From assembly GCA_947258815.1 (NCBI GenBank), contig CAMYJW010000011.1, forward strand, positions 96,831 to 160,830: DNA of 64,000 nt, written 5' to 3'. The notes under the pieces were generated by a model. The model was not told the DNA's origin. It saw only the letters and a program-made list of their open reading frames with translations, and made no database searches. Of this stretch, positions 17,713 through 27,196 are shown piece after piece. Each line of letters begins with the position of its first letter. The first letter of the stretch is position 1. The DNA is from an uncultured Sphingomonadaceae bacterium (GTDB lineage: Bacteria; Pseudomonadota; Alphaproteobacteria; Sphingomonadales; Sphingomonadaceae). The translations under genes and the position numbers were made by a program.

Positions 17713-19005
17713 ATGACTAGCAAATACGATGCCATGCTTGACCAGATGGTTGAAGACTATTCACTGGTAACCAACGGCTATTCAGGGGCCGCGCCGGCAA
17801 ACCCCTATCCGATGTTTCAGGAAAAGCGCTCGCAATGCCCGGTGATGCAGGGCGATCTGCTGATCCAGCACAGCATCCCCAGCATGGCTGACTATATGAT
17901 GACCGGTCGGCCCGTTGTCACCTTGTTCAAATACAAGGACATTCACTCGGTCCTGATGAACCCGGATGACTGGCTCAGCCATATCGTCGGCGACGGGTTC
18001 GGCGCTGCGGTGGACAATATGCTGCTGACCGCAATGGACGGCGAAGAGCACGACAAGTTCCGCGCCACGCTGCAAAAACCATTCATGCGCGGCGCGATCC
18101 GCAAGCTGATGGACACGCTGATCCGCCCGGTTGTGGTTGACGAGTTCGTCGAAAAACTGCGTCCCAAAGGCAAGGCCGATCTGCTGCGCGAATTCGCGCT
18201 GCCTTTTCCGATCCGCGCGATGTATGCCTATTTCGGCTTCCCGCATGACGAAGATCTGCTGGGCAACCTCGCCAGCTGGGCGATCAAGGTTGTGGCCGCG
18301 CCGCAAACCGATCCCGAAGTTGCCAAGATCACGATCCCGCAATCGATGGTTGCCGGCCAGTCGATGTACGACACGTTGCTGCCGATCATCAAAGCCTATC
18401 GCGAACGCGGCGAAATGCGCAACGACATCCTCGGCTACATGATGGAAGTCGAACATGAAGGCGAAAAGTTCAACGATGAGGAAATCACCGCTTTCATCCG
18501 CATGCTGCTGCTGGCGGCGGGCGAAACCACCACGCGCAGCTTTGCCAACATGATGGTGCAGCTGCTCGAATTTCCAGAAGTGATGGAAGAAGTCCGGCAG
18601 GATCGTTCGCTGATCCCGAAGGCCGTGATGGAAACCATGCGCCGCGATCCCACCGCGGGCGCAGTTGCCCGGATCGCCGCACGCGACATGGAAATCGGCG
18701 GCATGTCCATTCCCAAGGGAACTGCGGTGCTGTGCTCGATCGCTTCGGCCAACCGCGATCCTGAAACTTATGAAGACCCGGACCGGCTGTGGCTCAAGCG
18801 CCCGATGCGCCCGCTGCTGAGCTTCGGCTTCGGCCCGCACATGTGCATGGGCATGCATATGGCGCTGACCGAAATGGAAGTGGCGCTGGACGAAATTCTC
18901 AAGCTGCCAAACCTGCGCTTCGACCCGGACTATCCCAAACCCGAAGTGCGCGGCCTTAACATGCGCGGCCCCGATGCGCTTCCTGTTGTGTGGGATGTGG
19001 ACTGA
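17713..19005 (+). CDS. Cytochrome P450
   Basis: Heme loop FGFGPHMCMGMHMALTE. I-helix LLLAAGETTT. ExxR (ETMR). TGGAGA RBS lies before the ATG at 17713. The listed start at 17413 has no homology-like N-terminus. Confidence 0.9.
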   Translation: MTSKYDAMLDQMVEDYSLVTNGYSGAAPANPYPMFQEKRSQCPVMQGDLLIQHSIPSMADYMMTGRPVVTLFKYKDIHSVLMNPDDWLSHIVGDGFGAAVDNMLLTAMDGEEHDKFRATLQKPFMRGAIRKLMDTLIRPVVVDEFVEKLRPKGKADLLREFALPFPIRAMYAYFGFPHDEDLLGNLASWAIKVVAAPQTDPEVAKITIPQSMVAGQSMYDTLLPIIKAYRERGEMRNDILGYMMEVEHEGEKFNDEEITAFIRMLLLAAGETTTRSFANMMVQLLEFPEVMEEVRQDRSLIPKAVMETMRRDPTAGAVARIAARDMEIGGMSIPKGTAVLCSIASANRDPETYEDPDRLWLKRPMRPLLSFGFGPHMCMGMHMALTEMEVALDEILKLPNLRFDPDYPKPEVRGLNMRGPDALPVVWDVD

Positions 19006-19021
19006 CCGCACCCCGCGTGCA

Positions 19022-19049
19022 GAGCCGGTCGCGTGATGTCGGCCGGCTC
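19022..19049 (+). terminator. Hairpin after the second P450 (weak terminator candidate)
   Basis: gagccggtcg pairs with cggccggctc (10 bp including one G-U) with an 8-nt loop. It is followed by AUAAAAA rather than a U-tract. Confidence 0.3.
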
Positions 19050-19121
19050 ATAAAAACCGTGATCGCGGCAGGCTCCTGAGCCTGACTGCGGCGCGTTGAG
19101 CCATGGGGGAGAAATGTTGTC

Positions 19122-21473
19122 ATGATGAAGCGCACATTGCGAAGATTGGGGCTGCTCGCTGCCGCGATCACAACCTGTTCGGCTTCCATCATGGCCACGC
19201 CGCCAACGCCCATTGATCGCACGGTTCTGCCCATCCCGGCGCCCGAATTTACCGGAAAGATGGAGCCGTCGCTCGAACGATCAGTCTCGGTCTGGCCCGA
19301 TCTGGTCAAAGCACCGGAAAATGCGCCCAACATCCTGCTGATCCTGACTGACGATGTCGGGTTCGGGGCGGCCAGCACTTTTGGCGGCCCGGTGCCTACG
19401 CCCAATCTTGACCGGCTTGCCGCGCGCGGCGCGGTTTACAACAATTTCCACACCACCGCGATGTGTTCTCCCACCCGGGCTTCACTGCTGACCGGGCGCA
19501 ATCACCATGCGGTCGGCACAGGCGCGCTGACCAACGTGGCGATGGGTTTTCCCGGATATGACGGCATCATGCCGCCTCAATCCGCTACCATTGGCCGCAT
19601 CCTGCAAGGCAATGGCTATTCCACCGCATGGATCGGCAAGGATCACAATGTCCCCAATCAGGAAACCGGCGAAACCGGCCCCTTCACGCGCTGGCCGACC
19701 AACAAGGGTTTCGACGAATTTTATGGCTTCATCGGCTCAGAGACGGACCAGTTCAACCCGACACTCTATCACGGCACCAGCCGGGTTTCGGCACGCGGGC
19801 GCGATGCGGGCCTGCTGCTAGACAAGGAACTGGCCGATCACGCGCTATCCTGGCTTCGTCAGCAGGATGCCGATCACCCAGACCGGCCGTTCTTCCTTTA
19901 TTACGCCCCCGGCTCCGCCCATGCGCCGCATCAGGCCCCGGCTGACTGGATTGCGCGTTTCAAGGGCAAATTCGATGGCGGGTGGGATGCGCTGCGCAGG
20001 CACACGTTCGCACAGCAAAAACGCGAAGGCATCGTTCCGAAGAACACGCGGATCACGCCGCGCCCTTCCGACATTCCCGCATGGGCCAGCCTGTCGGCAG
20101 ACCGGCAACGGCTTTACGCGCGCTATATGGAAGTGTTCGCGGCGATGCTGGCCTATCAGGATCATCAGTTCGGACGTATCCTCGATGAGCTGGAAACGAC
20201 GGGCGAGATCGACAACACGCTGATCGTTTTCGTTCAGGGCGATAACGGCGGCAGCGGCGAAGGCGGTCTGGAAGGCAGCCTTAATGAGCTGATGGGCGTC
20301 ATCGGACAGCCCGATCAGAGCTTTGCCGAACAGCTTTCCAACATTGATAAGATGGGCGGCCCGGAAACGTATCAGGTCTATCCCGTTGGCTGGGCATGGG
20401 CGACAAACACGCCATTCCCGCTCTACAAGCAAATCGCATCGCATCTTGGCGGCACGCGCAACGCGCTGGTTGTTTCATGGCCCGGGAAGATCGCAAAACC
20501 AGCCGGGCTGCGCGATCAGTTCCACCATGTGATCGACATCGCGCCAACCATTCTGGAAGCTGCGGGCATTGCGCAGCCCGATATGGTGGACGGCACAAGG
20601 CAAGACCGGTTTGACGGGATCAGCATGACATATACGTTTGCCGCGCCCCAGGCCGAAAGCCGCCGGACTGTTCAGTATTTCGAACTGCTGGGCAACCGCG
20701 CGATCTATCACGATGGCTGGATGGCTTCGACCAATCCGGGCCGCATGCCATGGCAAGGCAGATCGGCAATAGACCCGGCAGACTTCAGCTGGTCGCTCTA
20801 CAATCTGAAGCGCGATTTTGCGCAGGCAAACGATCTGGCAGACCGGAAACCGGAAAAGCTGGCCGAACTGCAAGCATTGTTTGATCGCGAGGCGCGCCGC
20901 TACGATGTCTATCCGCTGCGTGCCAGCCTCGATCCGGTGACTGCGGCAAAACTGCGCAGGCCGCAGGCGCGCCGCAGCGAATATGTCTATCGCGGCAATG
21001 ACATTCACATTGCCTGGTCCGAACAGCCAATGCTTGCAGGCGCTTTCACGATAGAGGTTGCCTATTCGGGCGAAGGACCGCTGAACGGCGCTATGCTGGC
21101 AACGGGCAGCGCGCTCAGCGGGTGGGCGTTCGCCCTGGAAAACGGCGTTCCCGTGGTCAAACACGCAGCCTCAAGCGCGGCAGCGGATCAGTATGTCATC
21201 CGCGCCAACGCCGCGCTGCCATCGGGCGATGGCACTGTCCGCTTCCGGTTTGAGCCGGAAAGCGCCAAACGCTTTGCGCCCGGAAACCTCTCCATCATCG
21301 CCAACGATCAGGTGATCGGCGCGGGCCGGATCGCGCGGATCGGTTTTCTGACGATGGGGCCAACCGAAACTTTCGATGTTGGCGATGATACGGGACGGCC
21401 GGTGATGGCCTATCCGGGCGGCGCCCCGTTTACCGGCATGATAGAACGGCTCACGCTTCGACTTGGAAAATAG
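19122..21473 (+). CDS. Arylsulfatase (formylglycine-dependent sulfatase family), secreted
   Basis: The N-terminal signal peptide is MMKRTLRRLGLLAAAITTCSASIMA. The sulfatase signature is CSPTRASLLTGR (CxPxR). LILTDDVGFG metal site. 783 aa with a long C-terminal extension. Confidence 0.9.
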   Translation: MMKRTLRRLGLLAAAITTCSASIMATPPTPIDRTVLPIPAPEFTGKMEPSLERSVSVWPDLVKAPENAPNILLILTDDVGFGAASTFGGPVPTPNLDRLAARGAVYNNFHTTAMCSPTRASLLTGRNHHAVGTGALTNVAMGFPGYDGIMPPQSATIGRILQGNGYSTAWIGKDHNVPNQETGETGPFTRWPTNKGFDEFYGFIGSETDQFNPTLYHGTSRVSARGRDAGLLLDKELADHALSWLRQQDADHPDRPFFLYYAPGSAHAPHQAPADWIARFKGKFDGGWDALRRHTFAQQKREGIVPKNTRITPRPSDIPAWASLSADRQRLYARYMEVFAAMLAYQDHQFGRILDELETTGEIDNTLIVFVQGDNGGSGEGGLEGSLNELMGVIGQPDQSFAEQLSNIDKMGGPETYQVYPVGWAWATNTPFPLYKQIASHLGGTRNALVVSWPGKIAKPAGLRDQFHHVIDIAPTILEAAGIAQPDMVDGTRQDRFDGISMTYTFAAPQAESRRTVQYFELLGNRAIYHDGWMASTNPGRMPWQGRSAIDPADFSWSLYNLKRDFAQANDLADRKPEKLAELQALFDREARRYDVYPLRASLDPVTAAKLRRPQARRSEYVYRGNDIHIAWSEQPMLAGAFTIEVAYSGEGPLNGAMLATGSALSGWAFALENGVPVVKHAASSAAADQYVIRANAALPSGDGTVRFRFEPESAKRFAPGNLSIIANDQVIGAGRIARIGFLTMGPTETFDVGDDTGRPVMAYPGGAPFTGMIERLTLRLGK

Positions 21474-21495
21474 CGCGCAGGGCCGGTTCGCATGG

Positions 21496-22698
21496 TCAGA
21501 CGCGCTCCAGCAACAGCGCGATGCCCTGCCCCACGCCAATGCACATTGTCGCCAGTGCATAGCGACCGCCGGTCCGGCACAATTCCTCTGTCGCCGAAAG
21601 CGCGATCCGCGCGCCCGACATGCCGAGCGGATGGCCAAGCGCAATCGCGCCGCCGTTGGGGTTTACGCGCGGATCATCGTCGGCAATGCCCAGAGCGCGC
21701 ATCACCGCCAGACCCTGCGCGGCGAATGCCTCGTTCAGTTCGATCACATCAAGATCGGCCACCGAAAGCCCAACGCGCGCAAGCAGCTTTTCAGTCGCCG
21801 GAGCCGGGCCGATCCCCATAACGCGCGGTGCCACGCCGGCGCTCGCCATGCCGACGATCCGCGCCCTTGGGGTCAGCCCGTGTTGGTTGGCCGCCGCCTC
21901 GGTCGCGATCAGCATTGCCGCCGCGCCATCGTTCACCCCGCTGGCGTTGCCTGCCGTCACTGTCCCGCCTTCGCGGAACATAGGCTTCAGGCTGGCCAGC
22001 TTTTCCAGCGTTGTTGCGCGCGGATGCTCATCCTTGTCGATCACCAGCGGATCGCCTTTGCGCTGAGGGATCGTTACCGCGCAAATTTCAGCTGCAAGCC
22101 GCCCGGAAGCCTGCGCAGCGGCGGCCTTTTCCTGACTGCGCAGCGCAAACGCATCCTGATCCTGGCGCGAGATGCCATGATCCTCGGCCACGTTTTCCGC
22201 TGTTTCGGGCATCGAATCGGTGCCGAACGCGGCATGAAGGCGCGGATTGACGAAACGCCATCCGATCGTGGTATCGTAAACTGTGTTATCGCGGGCAAAC
22301 GCGCTGGTTGCCTTAGGCATAACGAAAGGCGCGCGGCTCATGCTTTCGACACCGCCTGCGATCATCAGATCGGCGTCGCCGGCCCGGATCGCCTGCGCGG
22401 CATTGCCCACCGCGTTAAGGCCAGAGCCGCACAGGCGATTGACCGTCGCCCCGCCCACACCTTCGGGAAGCCCGGCAAGCAGCGTGGCCATCCGCGCGAC
22501 ATTGCGATTGTCTTCCCCGGCCTGATTGGCGCACCCTAACACAACATCGTCGATCGCGTTCCAGTCCACTCCCGCATTGCGTTCAACCAGAGCTTCAATC
22601 GGTTTTGCGGCCAGATCATCGGCCCGCACGGCAGACAACCCGCCCGCATAACGCCCGATCGGTGTGCGAATTGCATCGCAAATAAAGGCCTCGGCCAT
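21496..22698 (-). CDS. Acetyl-CoA C-acyltransferase (thiolase), 3-oxoadipyl-CoA thiolase (PcaF/PaaJ)-like
   Basis: 400 aa. N-terminal [19 protein letters not shown]. Active-site regions [18 protein letters not shown] and CIGVGQG. Confidence 0.9.
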   Translation of the reverse strand: MAEAFICDAIRTPIGRYAGGLSAVRADDLAAKPIEALVERNAGVDWNAIDDVVLGCANQAGEDNRNVARMATLLAGLPEGVGGATVNRLCGSGLNAVGNAAQAIRAGDADLMIAGGVESMSRAPFVMPKATSAFARDNTVYDTTIGWRFVNPRLHAAFGTDSMPETAENVAEDHGISRQDQDAFALRSQEKAAAAQASGRLAAEICAVTIPQRKGDPLVIDKDEHPRATTLEKLASLKPMFREGGTVTAGNASGVNDGAAAMLIATEAAANQHGLTPRARIVGMASAGVAPRVMGIGPAPATEKLLARVGLSVADLDVIELNEAFAAQGLAVMRALGIADDDPRVNPNGGAIALGHPLGMSGARIALSATEELCRTGGRYALATMCIGVGQGIALLLERV

Positions 22699-22833
22699 AA
22701 TCCCTTGATCTCCTCTGGAATGTCAGAAAGCACGGCAAAAGCCCGCGCTGGTTGAACGTGTGCGGGCCATGTGGCCCAACGCCTCACCGGGACGCAAGCG
22801 CTTTTGCACCGATCTTTCGGCGCGAACGGCGCG

Positions 22834-23760
22834 TCAGCCGCCCATCCCCAAAAGCCGAGCGACTTTCTGATGTGTGGGAACCGATAGCCCCGTCTCTGCC
22901 GCCAGCCGGATAACCGCGCCGGTCAGATGCGCATATTCCGATGGCACCCCTGCCATCAGATCGCGCTGGAGCGAACTGGTCGCCGATGGCGGAAAGCCCG
23001 ATACGAAGGCAAGCGTGGTATCGACGCAGCCAACGCGAAGCGTAACCCCGCGCGATGCGGCCAACGTGGCCACTTCGGCCATCGCATCGCCTAACATCCG
23101 CCAGTGCGCCGGATCGTTTTTGAGCTGACCGACCGGAACACCAAGCGCCGCGCCAACACCACCAATCGTTGCCGCAAGCAGGAACTTCTCCCACAGCACG
23201 CTTGCCATGTCGGCAGGCTGCGAACAGGCAATTGCGGCCGTATCGAAACTTGCGGCAAAGCGTTCGGCGGCGCGCGATCGCGCGTGCTCAAGCGAACCCA
23301 GCGCAACCGAAGGCTCCACCCCGACATGGCGCACAACATCGCCTTCCATCTCAAAAAAGCCGTGAACCCGCGCGGCGATCACTTTGGCATCGGGCAACAG
23401 CGCGCTGACGATCCCGGGCGCTTCCACCCCGTTCTGCACTGTCAGCACCCCCGGCCCGGCAGCAACGCATCCTTCAAGCTGACGCGCGGCATCCTCAAGA
23501 TCGAATGTCTTGGTGGCGATGATCGCCAGATCGGGCGGCGGCAGATCGGCGGCATGCCCGGCCACCGCGACATGGATGGTCTGGCGCGTGCCCGAAAGCT
23601 GCATCTGCACCCCGTCTCGCGCAATGCGGGCCAGCCGATCCCCGCGCGCAACCAGCCCGACCGGAAATCCCGCGTGCGCCAGCTTTGCCGCGAAGAACAG
23701 GCCCATCGCGCCCGCGCCGATCACCGTGAAACGCGGCAAAGCAGCCGGCTGTTCAGGCAT
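22834..23760 (-). CDS. 2-dehydropantoate 2-reductase (ketopantoate reductase/ApbA) family oxidoreductase
   Basis: N-terminal Rossmann fold FTVIGAGAMGLFFAAKLAHAG. ~308 aa with the KPR-family layout. A true panE function is not implied. Confidence 0.7.
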   Translation of the reverse strand: MPEQPAALPRFTVIGAGAMGLFFAAKLAHAGFPVGLVARGDRLARIARDGVQMQLSGTRQTIHVAVAGHAADLPPPDLAIIATKTFDLEDAARQLEGCVAAGPGVLTVQNGVEAPGIVSALLPDAKVIAARVHGFFEMEGDVVRHVGVEPSVALGSLEHARSRAAERFAASFDTAAIACSQPADMASVLWEKFLLAATIGGVGAALGVPVGQLKNDPAHWRMLGDAMAEVATLAASRGVTLRVGCVDTTLAFVSGFPPSATSSLQRDLMAGVPSEYAHLTGAVIRLAAETGLSVPTHQKVARLLGMGG

Positions 23761-23897
23761 CGGCTGCCCGGCCTTGATAAACGGCCCGCTTCGATCCCAT
23801 CATTTTTCCAGCCTCGCAACGCCTGCATTGCAAGGCCGGATATCGCGCGCGCGCGATCAGGTCCAGCGCTGTTGCGAGGGCGTGATTGGCTGTGCGT

Positions 23898-25118
23898 CTA
23901 CCAGACCAGCGGCAAAGCCAGCGGCTGGATCAGGCCCAGATGAAATTCAACCTGCGCGCCCGGCGCAAGGCGGAACTGCGGCACATCTTTCAGGAACTGG
24001 CGGATCGCAAACGCCAGTTCGCGGCGGGCAAGATGCAGGCCAAGGCAAAGATGCGGCCCCGTGGCGAAGCTGACATGCTGTGGCCGCCGCGTGAAATCGA
24101 GCTTCGCGGGATTATCCCACGCCGCCGGATCGCGCCCGGCCAGCGTGGTCGACATGATCACCTTGTCGCCCGGCATCATCGTCACACCGTTGATTTCAAC
24201 CTTGTTGGCCACCGTGCGGAACGTGGATACCGCGGCATAAGCGCGCAGCATTTCTTCTATCGCATCTGGCACCAGATCGGGATCGGCGCGCAGCGCGGCC
24301 TGATCTTCGGGATGCGTTGCCAGATGCCAGAATTGCAGACCAAGATTGGTGGACACCGTATCGAGCCCGCCGATAAACAGATTGAAGGCAAAGCCCAGCA
24401 TCTGATTGTCAGTCATCCGCACGCCATCGACTTCGGCATTCACCGCGAATGTCAGAAGGTCTTCGCGCGGCTTGCGTTTGCGATCCTCGATTTCACTGCG
24501 AAGATAGGCGACGACATTTTTCGTGGCCGCCGCGATCACATCGAGATCATGGCCATGCAACAAATCGTTTTCCCAGGCCATGAACTGATCGGTCATGTCC
24601 TGCGGCAGGCCGATCAGATCGAGGATCACCTTGATCGGAAACTCAAACGCAAATTCACTCATGAACTCGCATTCGCCCTTGTCCTTGAACTGGTCGATAT
24701 AATGGCTGGCATAACCCGCTACCTTTTCCTCCAGCGAACGCACCGCCTTGGGCGTGAACAGCGGAAATATCATCGAACGATAGCGGCCATGTTCAGGCGG
24801 ATCGAGCTCGGCGGGCACAAGGCACCAGTCTTCCCCCGTCAGCATCGCAAACGGCGCAAAACCGGCGTTCAGGAAATTGACGTTATCCTTGTAAATCGCC
24901 GAAACATCTTCGCACCGCCGCACCACCCATGCCGGCTGTCCGCCGGGATAGGCATCGCGGGTGAAGAAGATATCGGGATAGCTGGCGTGAACCGGATCGA
25001 CCAGATCGACATAGGGATTGCCTATATGCGTCGTGCCGAACTGGAATGGCCAGTCACGGATCATATCATCGCTGACATGCGCCGGGATAGAGCGATCGAC
25101 TTCGATTGTCAGAACCAT
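23898..25118 (-). CDS. Cytochrome P450 (paralog of 16135-17367)
   Basis: Heme loop FATGPHLCLGLHLARRE. I-helix LFIGGLDTVS. It aligns over the whole length with the P450 at 16135 (e.g. PDIFYAPHAYPGATPAWVVRR vs PDIFFTRDAYPGGQPAWVVRR). Confidence 0.9.
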   Translation of the reverse strand: MVLTIEVDRSIPAHVSDDMIRDWPFQFGTTHIGNPYVDLVDPVHASYPDIFFTRDAYPGGQPAWVVRRCEDVSAIYKDNVNFLNAGFAPFAMLTGEDWCLVPAELDPPEHGRYRSMIFPLFTPKAVRSLEEKVAGYASHYIDQFKDKGECEFMSEFAFEFPIKVILDLIGLPQDMTDQFMAWENDLLHGHDLDVIAAATKNVVAYLRSEIEDRKRKPREDLLTFAVNAEVDGVRMTDNQMLGFAFNLFIGGLDTVSTNLGLQFWHLATHPEDQAALRADPDLVPDAIEEMLRAYAAVSTFRTVANKVEINGVTMMPGDKVIMSTTLAGRDPAAWDNPAKLDFTRRPQHVSFATGPHLCLGLHLARRELAFAIRQFLKDVPQFRLAPGAQVEFHLGLIQPLALPLVW

Positions 25119-25147
25119 CGCGATGTCCTCTCCGTTTTACCGCGCGC

Positions 25148-25714
25148 CTAAAGGAAGATGGCAAGGTTAGGCATGCCCAGCACGACCTGATCGAGCAGGA
25201 TCGAGCGTTTGACGATCTTGAAGCCGTCTTTGGTCATGCGCAGCCGGTCGTTGCGTTCCGCGCTCAGCTGTTTGTAGTCCTTCGCTTCGGCGCGGTTGCG
25301 GGTGAGAAACAGATAGCTCGATACTTCATACTCGTCCGGCTCGTCCGTTTCCCAGACCGAAACGTTGGTGATGAAACGGCGCACGCGCGACGCCGGATCT
25401 TCCGACCAGGCGTTGTTCGTGGTCGTCAGCCGCACGATACGTACCATCATCGAATCGTGATCGTCGTCGAAATGGCCCATCGTGCCGAACTCTTCATCGA
25501 ACTGCTGAACACGGCGCGTCATGCGCACGGGGCATTTGTATTCCAGATCCTCGGCCAGCATCTCACCCCAGGCTTTGAGATCGCGATGATCGAGCAGCCG
25601 GGCTTCCTTGATCAGGAAAGTCATGATGCTGTTATAGACCGGCGAACCATAGGAAATTTCATCGCGGCGCTGGTCTTCGCGGGTGTAGTTGATCGTTGCA
25701 GTTGTGACAGTCAT
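25148..25714 (-). CDS. Ring-hydroxylating oxygenase, beta subunit (second copy)
   Basis: 188 aa NTF2-fold protein downstream of the second alpha subunit. It is a paralog of 9776-10357. Confidence 0.85.
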   Translation of the reverse strand: MTVTTATINYTREDQRRDEISYGSPVYNSIMTFLIKEARLLDHRDLKAWGEMLAEDLEYKCPVRMTRRVQQFDEEFGTMGHFDDDHDSMMVRIVRLTTTNNAWSEDPASRVRRFITNVSVWETDEPDEYEVSSYLFLTRNRAEAKDYKQLSAERNDRLRMTKDGFKIVKRSILLDQVVLGMPNLAIFL

Positions 25715-25746
25715 CGTCTCGTTCCTCTCGAAAAGCGTTTGCGCAC

Positions 25747-27126
25747 TCAGCTATCGGCGGTCATCAGCCTGTTGTAGGCAAGCCACCATTCCCACTGCGC
25801 ATCGTCCTTGCCGAAGCCTTCGTAGACCTTGGCCTTGTCGGGCCAGTCAGCCGGGCGGTTTTCGCCCAGAATCGCCTGATATTTGAGCGTTTCGGTGCGC
25901 CCGATCACGCCCTTGGCGCTTTCGGTCATATGCGGCCAGGTATCGCTGTCATCCTGTTCGATGATGCCCGATGTGCCGGTGCCATGGGTGGCGGCGGCGC
26001 GCATCATTACCTTCACGTTTTCGGGTGTGCCCTTCTCGGCGAAGTAATAGGTCGTCCACTCAAACTGGTGCGGGCCTTTGGGCATGATCGTGTGCAGAAC
26101 CAGCGCCGAACCCAGCGTGCCATCGCGCAGCGGGCTGTAGATGAAAAGGATGTTCATGTTGGGGAACATCCCGCCGACAACCGGCGGTGCTTTCGCCAGA
26201 ACGTGAAGCTGCTCCGCGCTCATCTTCTTTTTTAGTTCAGGCAGCAGTTCCTTGGTGATGCCCGGCGGCGGGAAAGCCTCAAGGCGTTCATCCGGGGTCA
26301 GATCGCCCTTGCCATGCGCCAGCGACCAGCTGGTGTCCGCAGGAATGCAGCGCAGCGAGTGGCCATTGCCCGAAAGGTTGATGCCATACATCGCGGGCGC
26401 GCTTTCATGCTCGGTATCGGATTCGCCGCCCATCGCGCCGATATCAATCACCGAACCATGCAGCGTCAGCGTGTGAAACCCGTCGCAGGCGGACTGTTCG
26501 CCAGCCGTCTTCCAGTTGGCGTCAATCGTCAGGCGTTGGGGCGGGCCAAGCACTTCAAGGCCGTTTTCGGTGCGATCGAACAGCATTTCATAATAGAACT
26601 TCATGTCGCCCAGCCACTCATCCAGACTGGGGCCTTCGTGGTTCCATGTGGCGAAGATCAGCCCGCCAAACAGCTCGACGCGCGCCTTCTTCAGGCCAAG
26701 CTGCTCCTTGGTCTTGATGTTGCCGTGCATCTGTTCCTTTTCGACCGGCGCACCGATGAAACTGCCATCGGGGCGGAAGGCCCAGCCGTGATAGATGCAT
26801 TTGTGAACGCGGGCGTTGCCGGAATCGGCCAGGCAAACATGCATTGCCCGGTGCGGACAGACATTGAGCGAGACATGCACTTCACTATCGGCGGCGCGCG
26901 AAACGATCACCTGATCCTCACCCATCAGCCGCACGACATAATCGCCAACGTTGGGAATCTCGGTTTCGTGTCCGATCATCAGCCAGGCCTTGGCGAAGAT
27001 CTGCTCCAGTTCCAGTTCATAGAGATCGGGATCGTTCAGCGCCGCGACAGACACTTCGCGGTTTTCTGTATCGATCAGTCTCGACATGGCGTCGGCCATG
27101 AAATCTTTGCGTGGGTTCAAGCGCAT
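25747..27126 (-). CDS. Rieske ring-hydroxylating oxygenase, alpha subunit (second copy)
   Basis: Rieske motif CPHRAMHVC...CIYHGW. Iron site DGFHTLTLH. GAGGAG RBS lies 8 nt upstream of the ATG at 27126. Long identical runs with 8365-9753. Confidence 0.9.
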   Translation of the reverse strand: MRLNPRKDFMADAMSRLIDTENREVSVAALNDPDLYELELEQIFAKAWLMIGHETEIPNVGDYVVRLMGEDQVIVSRAADSEVHVSLNVCPHRAMHVCLADSGNARVHKCIYHGWAFRPDGSFIGAPVEKEQMHGNIKTKEQLGLKKARVELFGGLIFATWNHEGPSLDEWLGDMKFYYEMLFDRTENGLEVLGPPQRLTIDANWKTAGEQSACDGFHTLTLHGSVIDIGAMGGESDTEHESAPAMYGINLSGNGHSLRCIPADTSWSLAHGKGDLTPDERLEAFPPPGITKELLPELKKKMSAEQLHVLAKAPPVVGGMFPNMNILFIYSPLRDGTLGSALVLHTIMPKGPHQFEWTTYYFAEKGTPENVKVMMRAAATHGTGTSGIIEQDDSDTWPHMTESAKGVIGRTETLKYQAILGENRPADWPDKAKVYEGFGKDDAQWEWWLAYNRLMTADS

Positions 27127-27196
27127 GATGATGCTCCTCTCTCGAAAATCGTGTGTGGCAGCCGGAAAACGCGAAGCCCGGTCCGCCGGTCAAAAG

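Noticed and set aside
16147-25151. Long antisense ORFs opposite the three P450 genes (16147-17466 minus, 17782-19011 minus, 23886-25151 plus).
   Set aside because: Each mirrors a P450 gene carrying unmistakable heme-loop, I-helix and ExxR motifs. The antisense translations are His/Arg-rich with no domain signatures.
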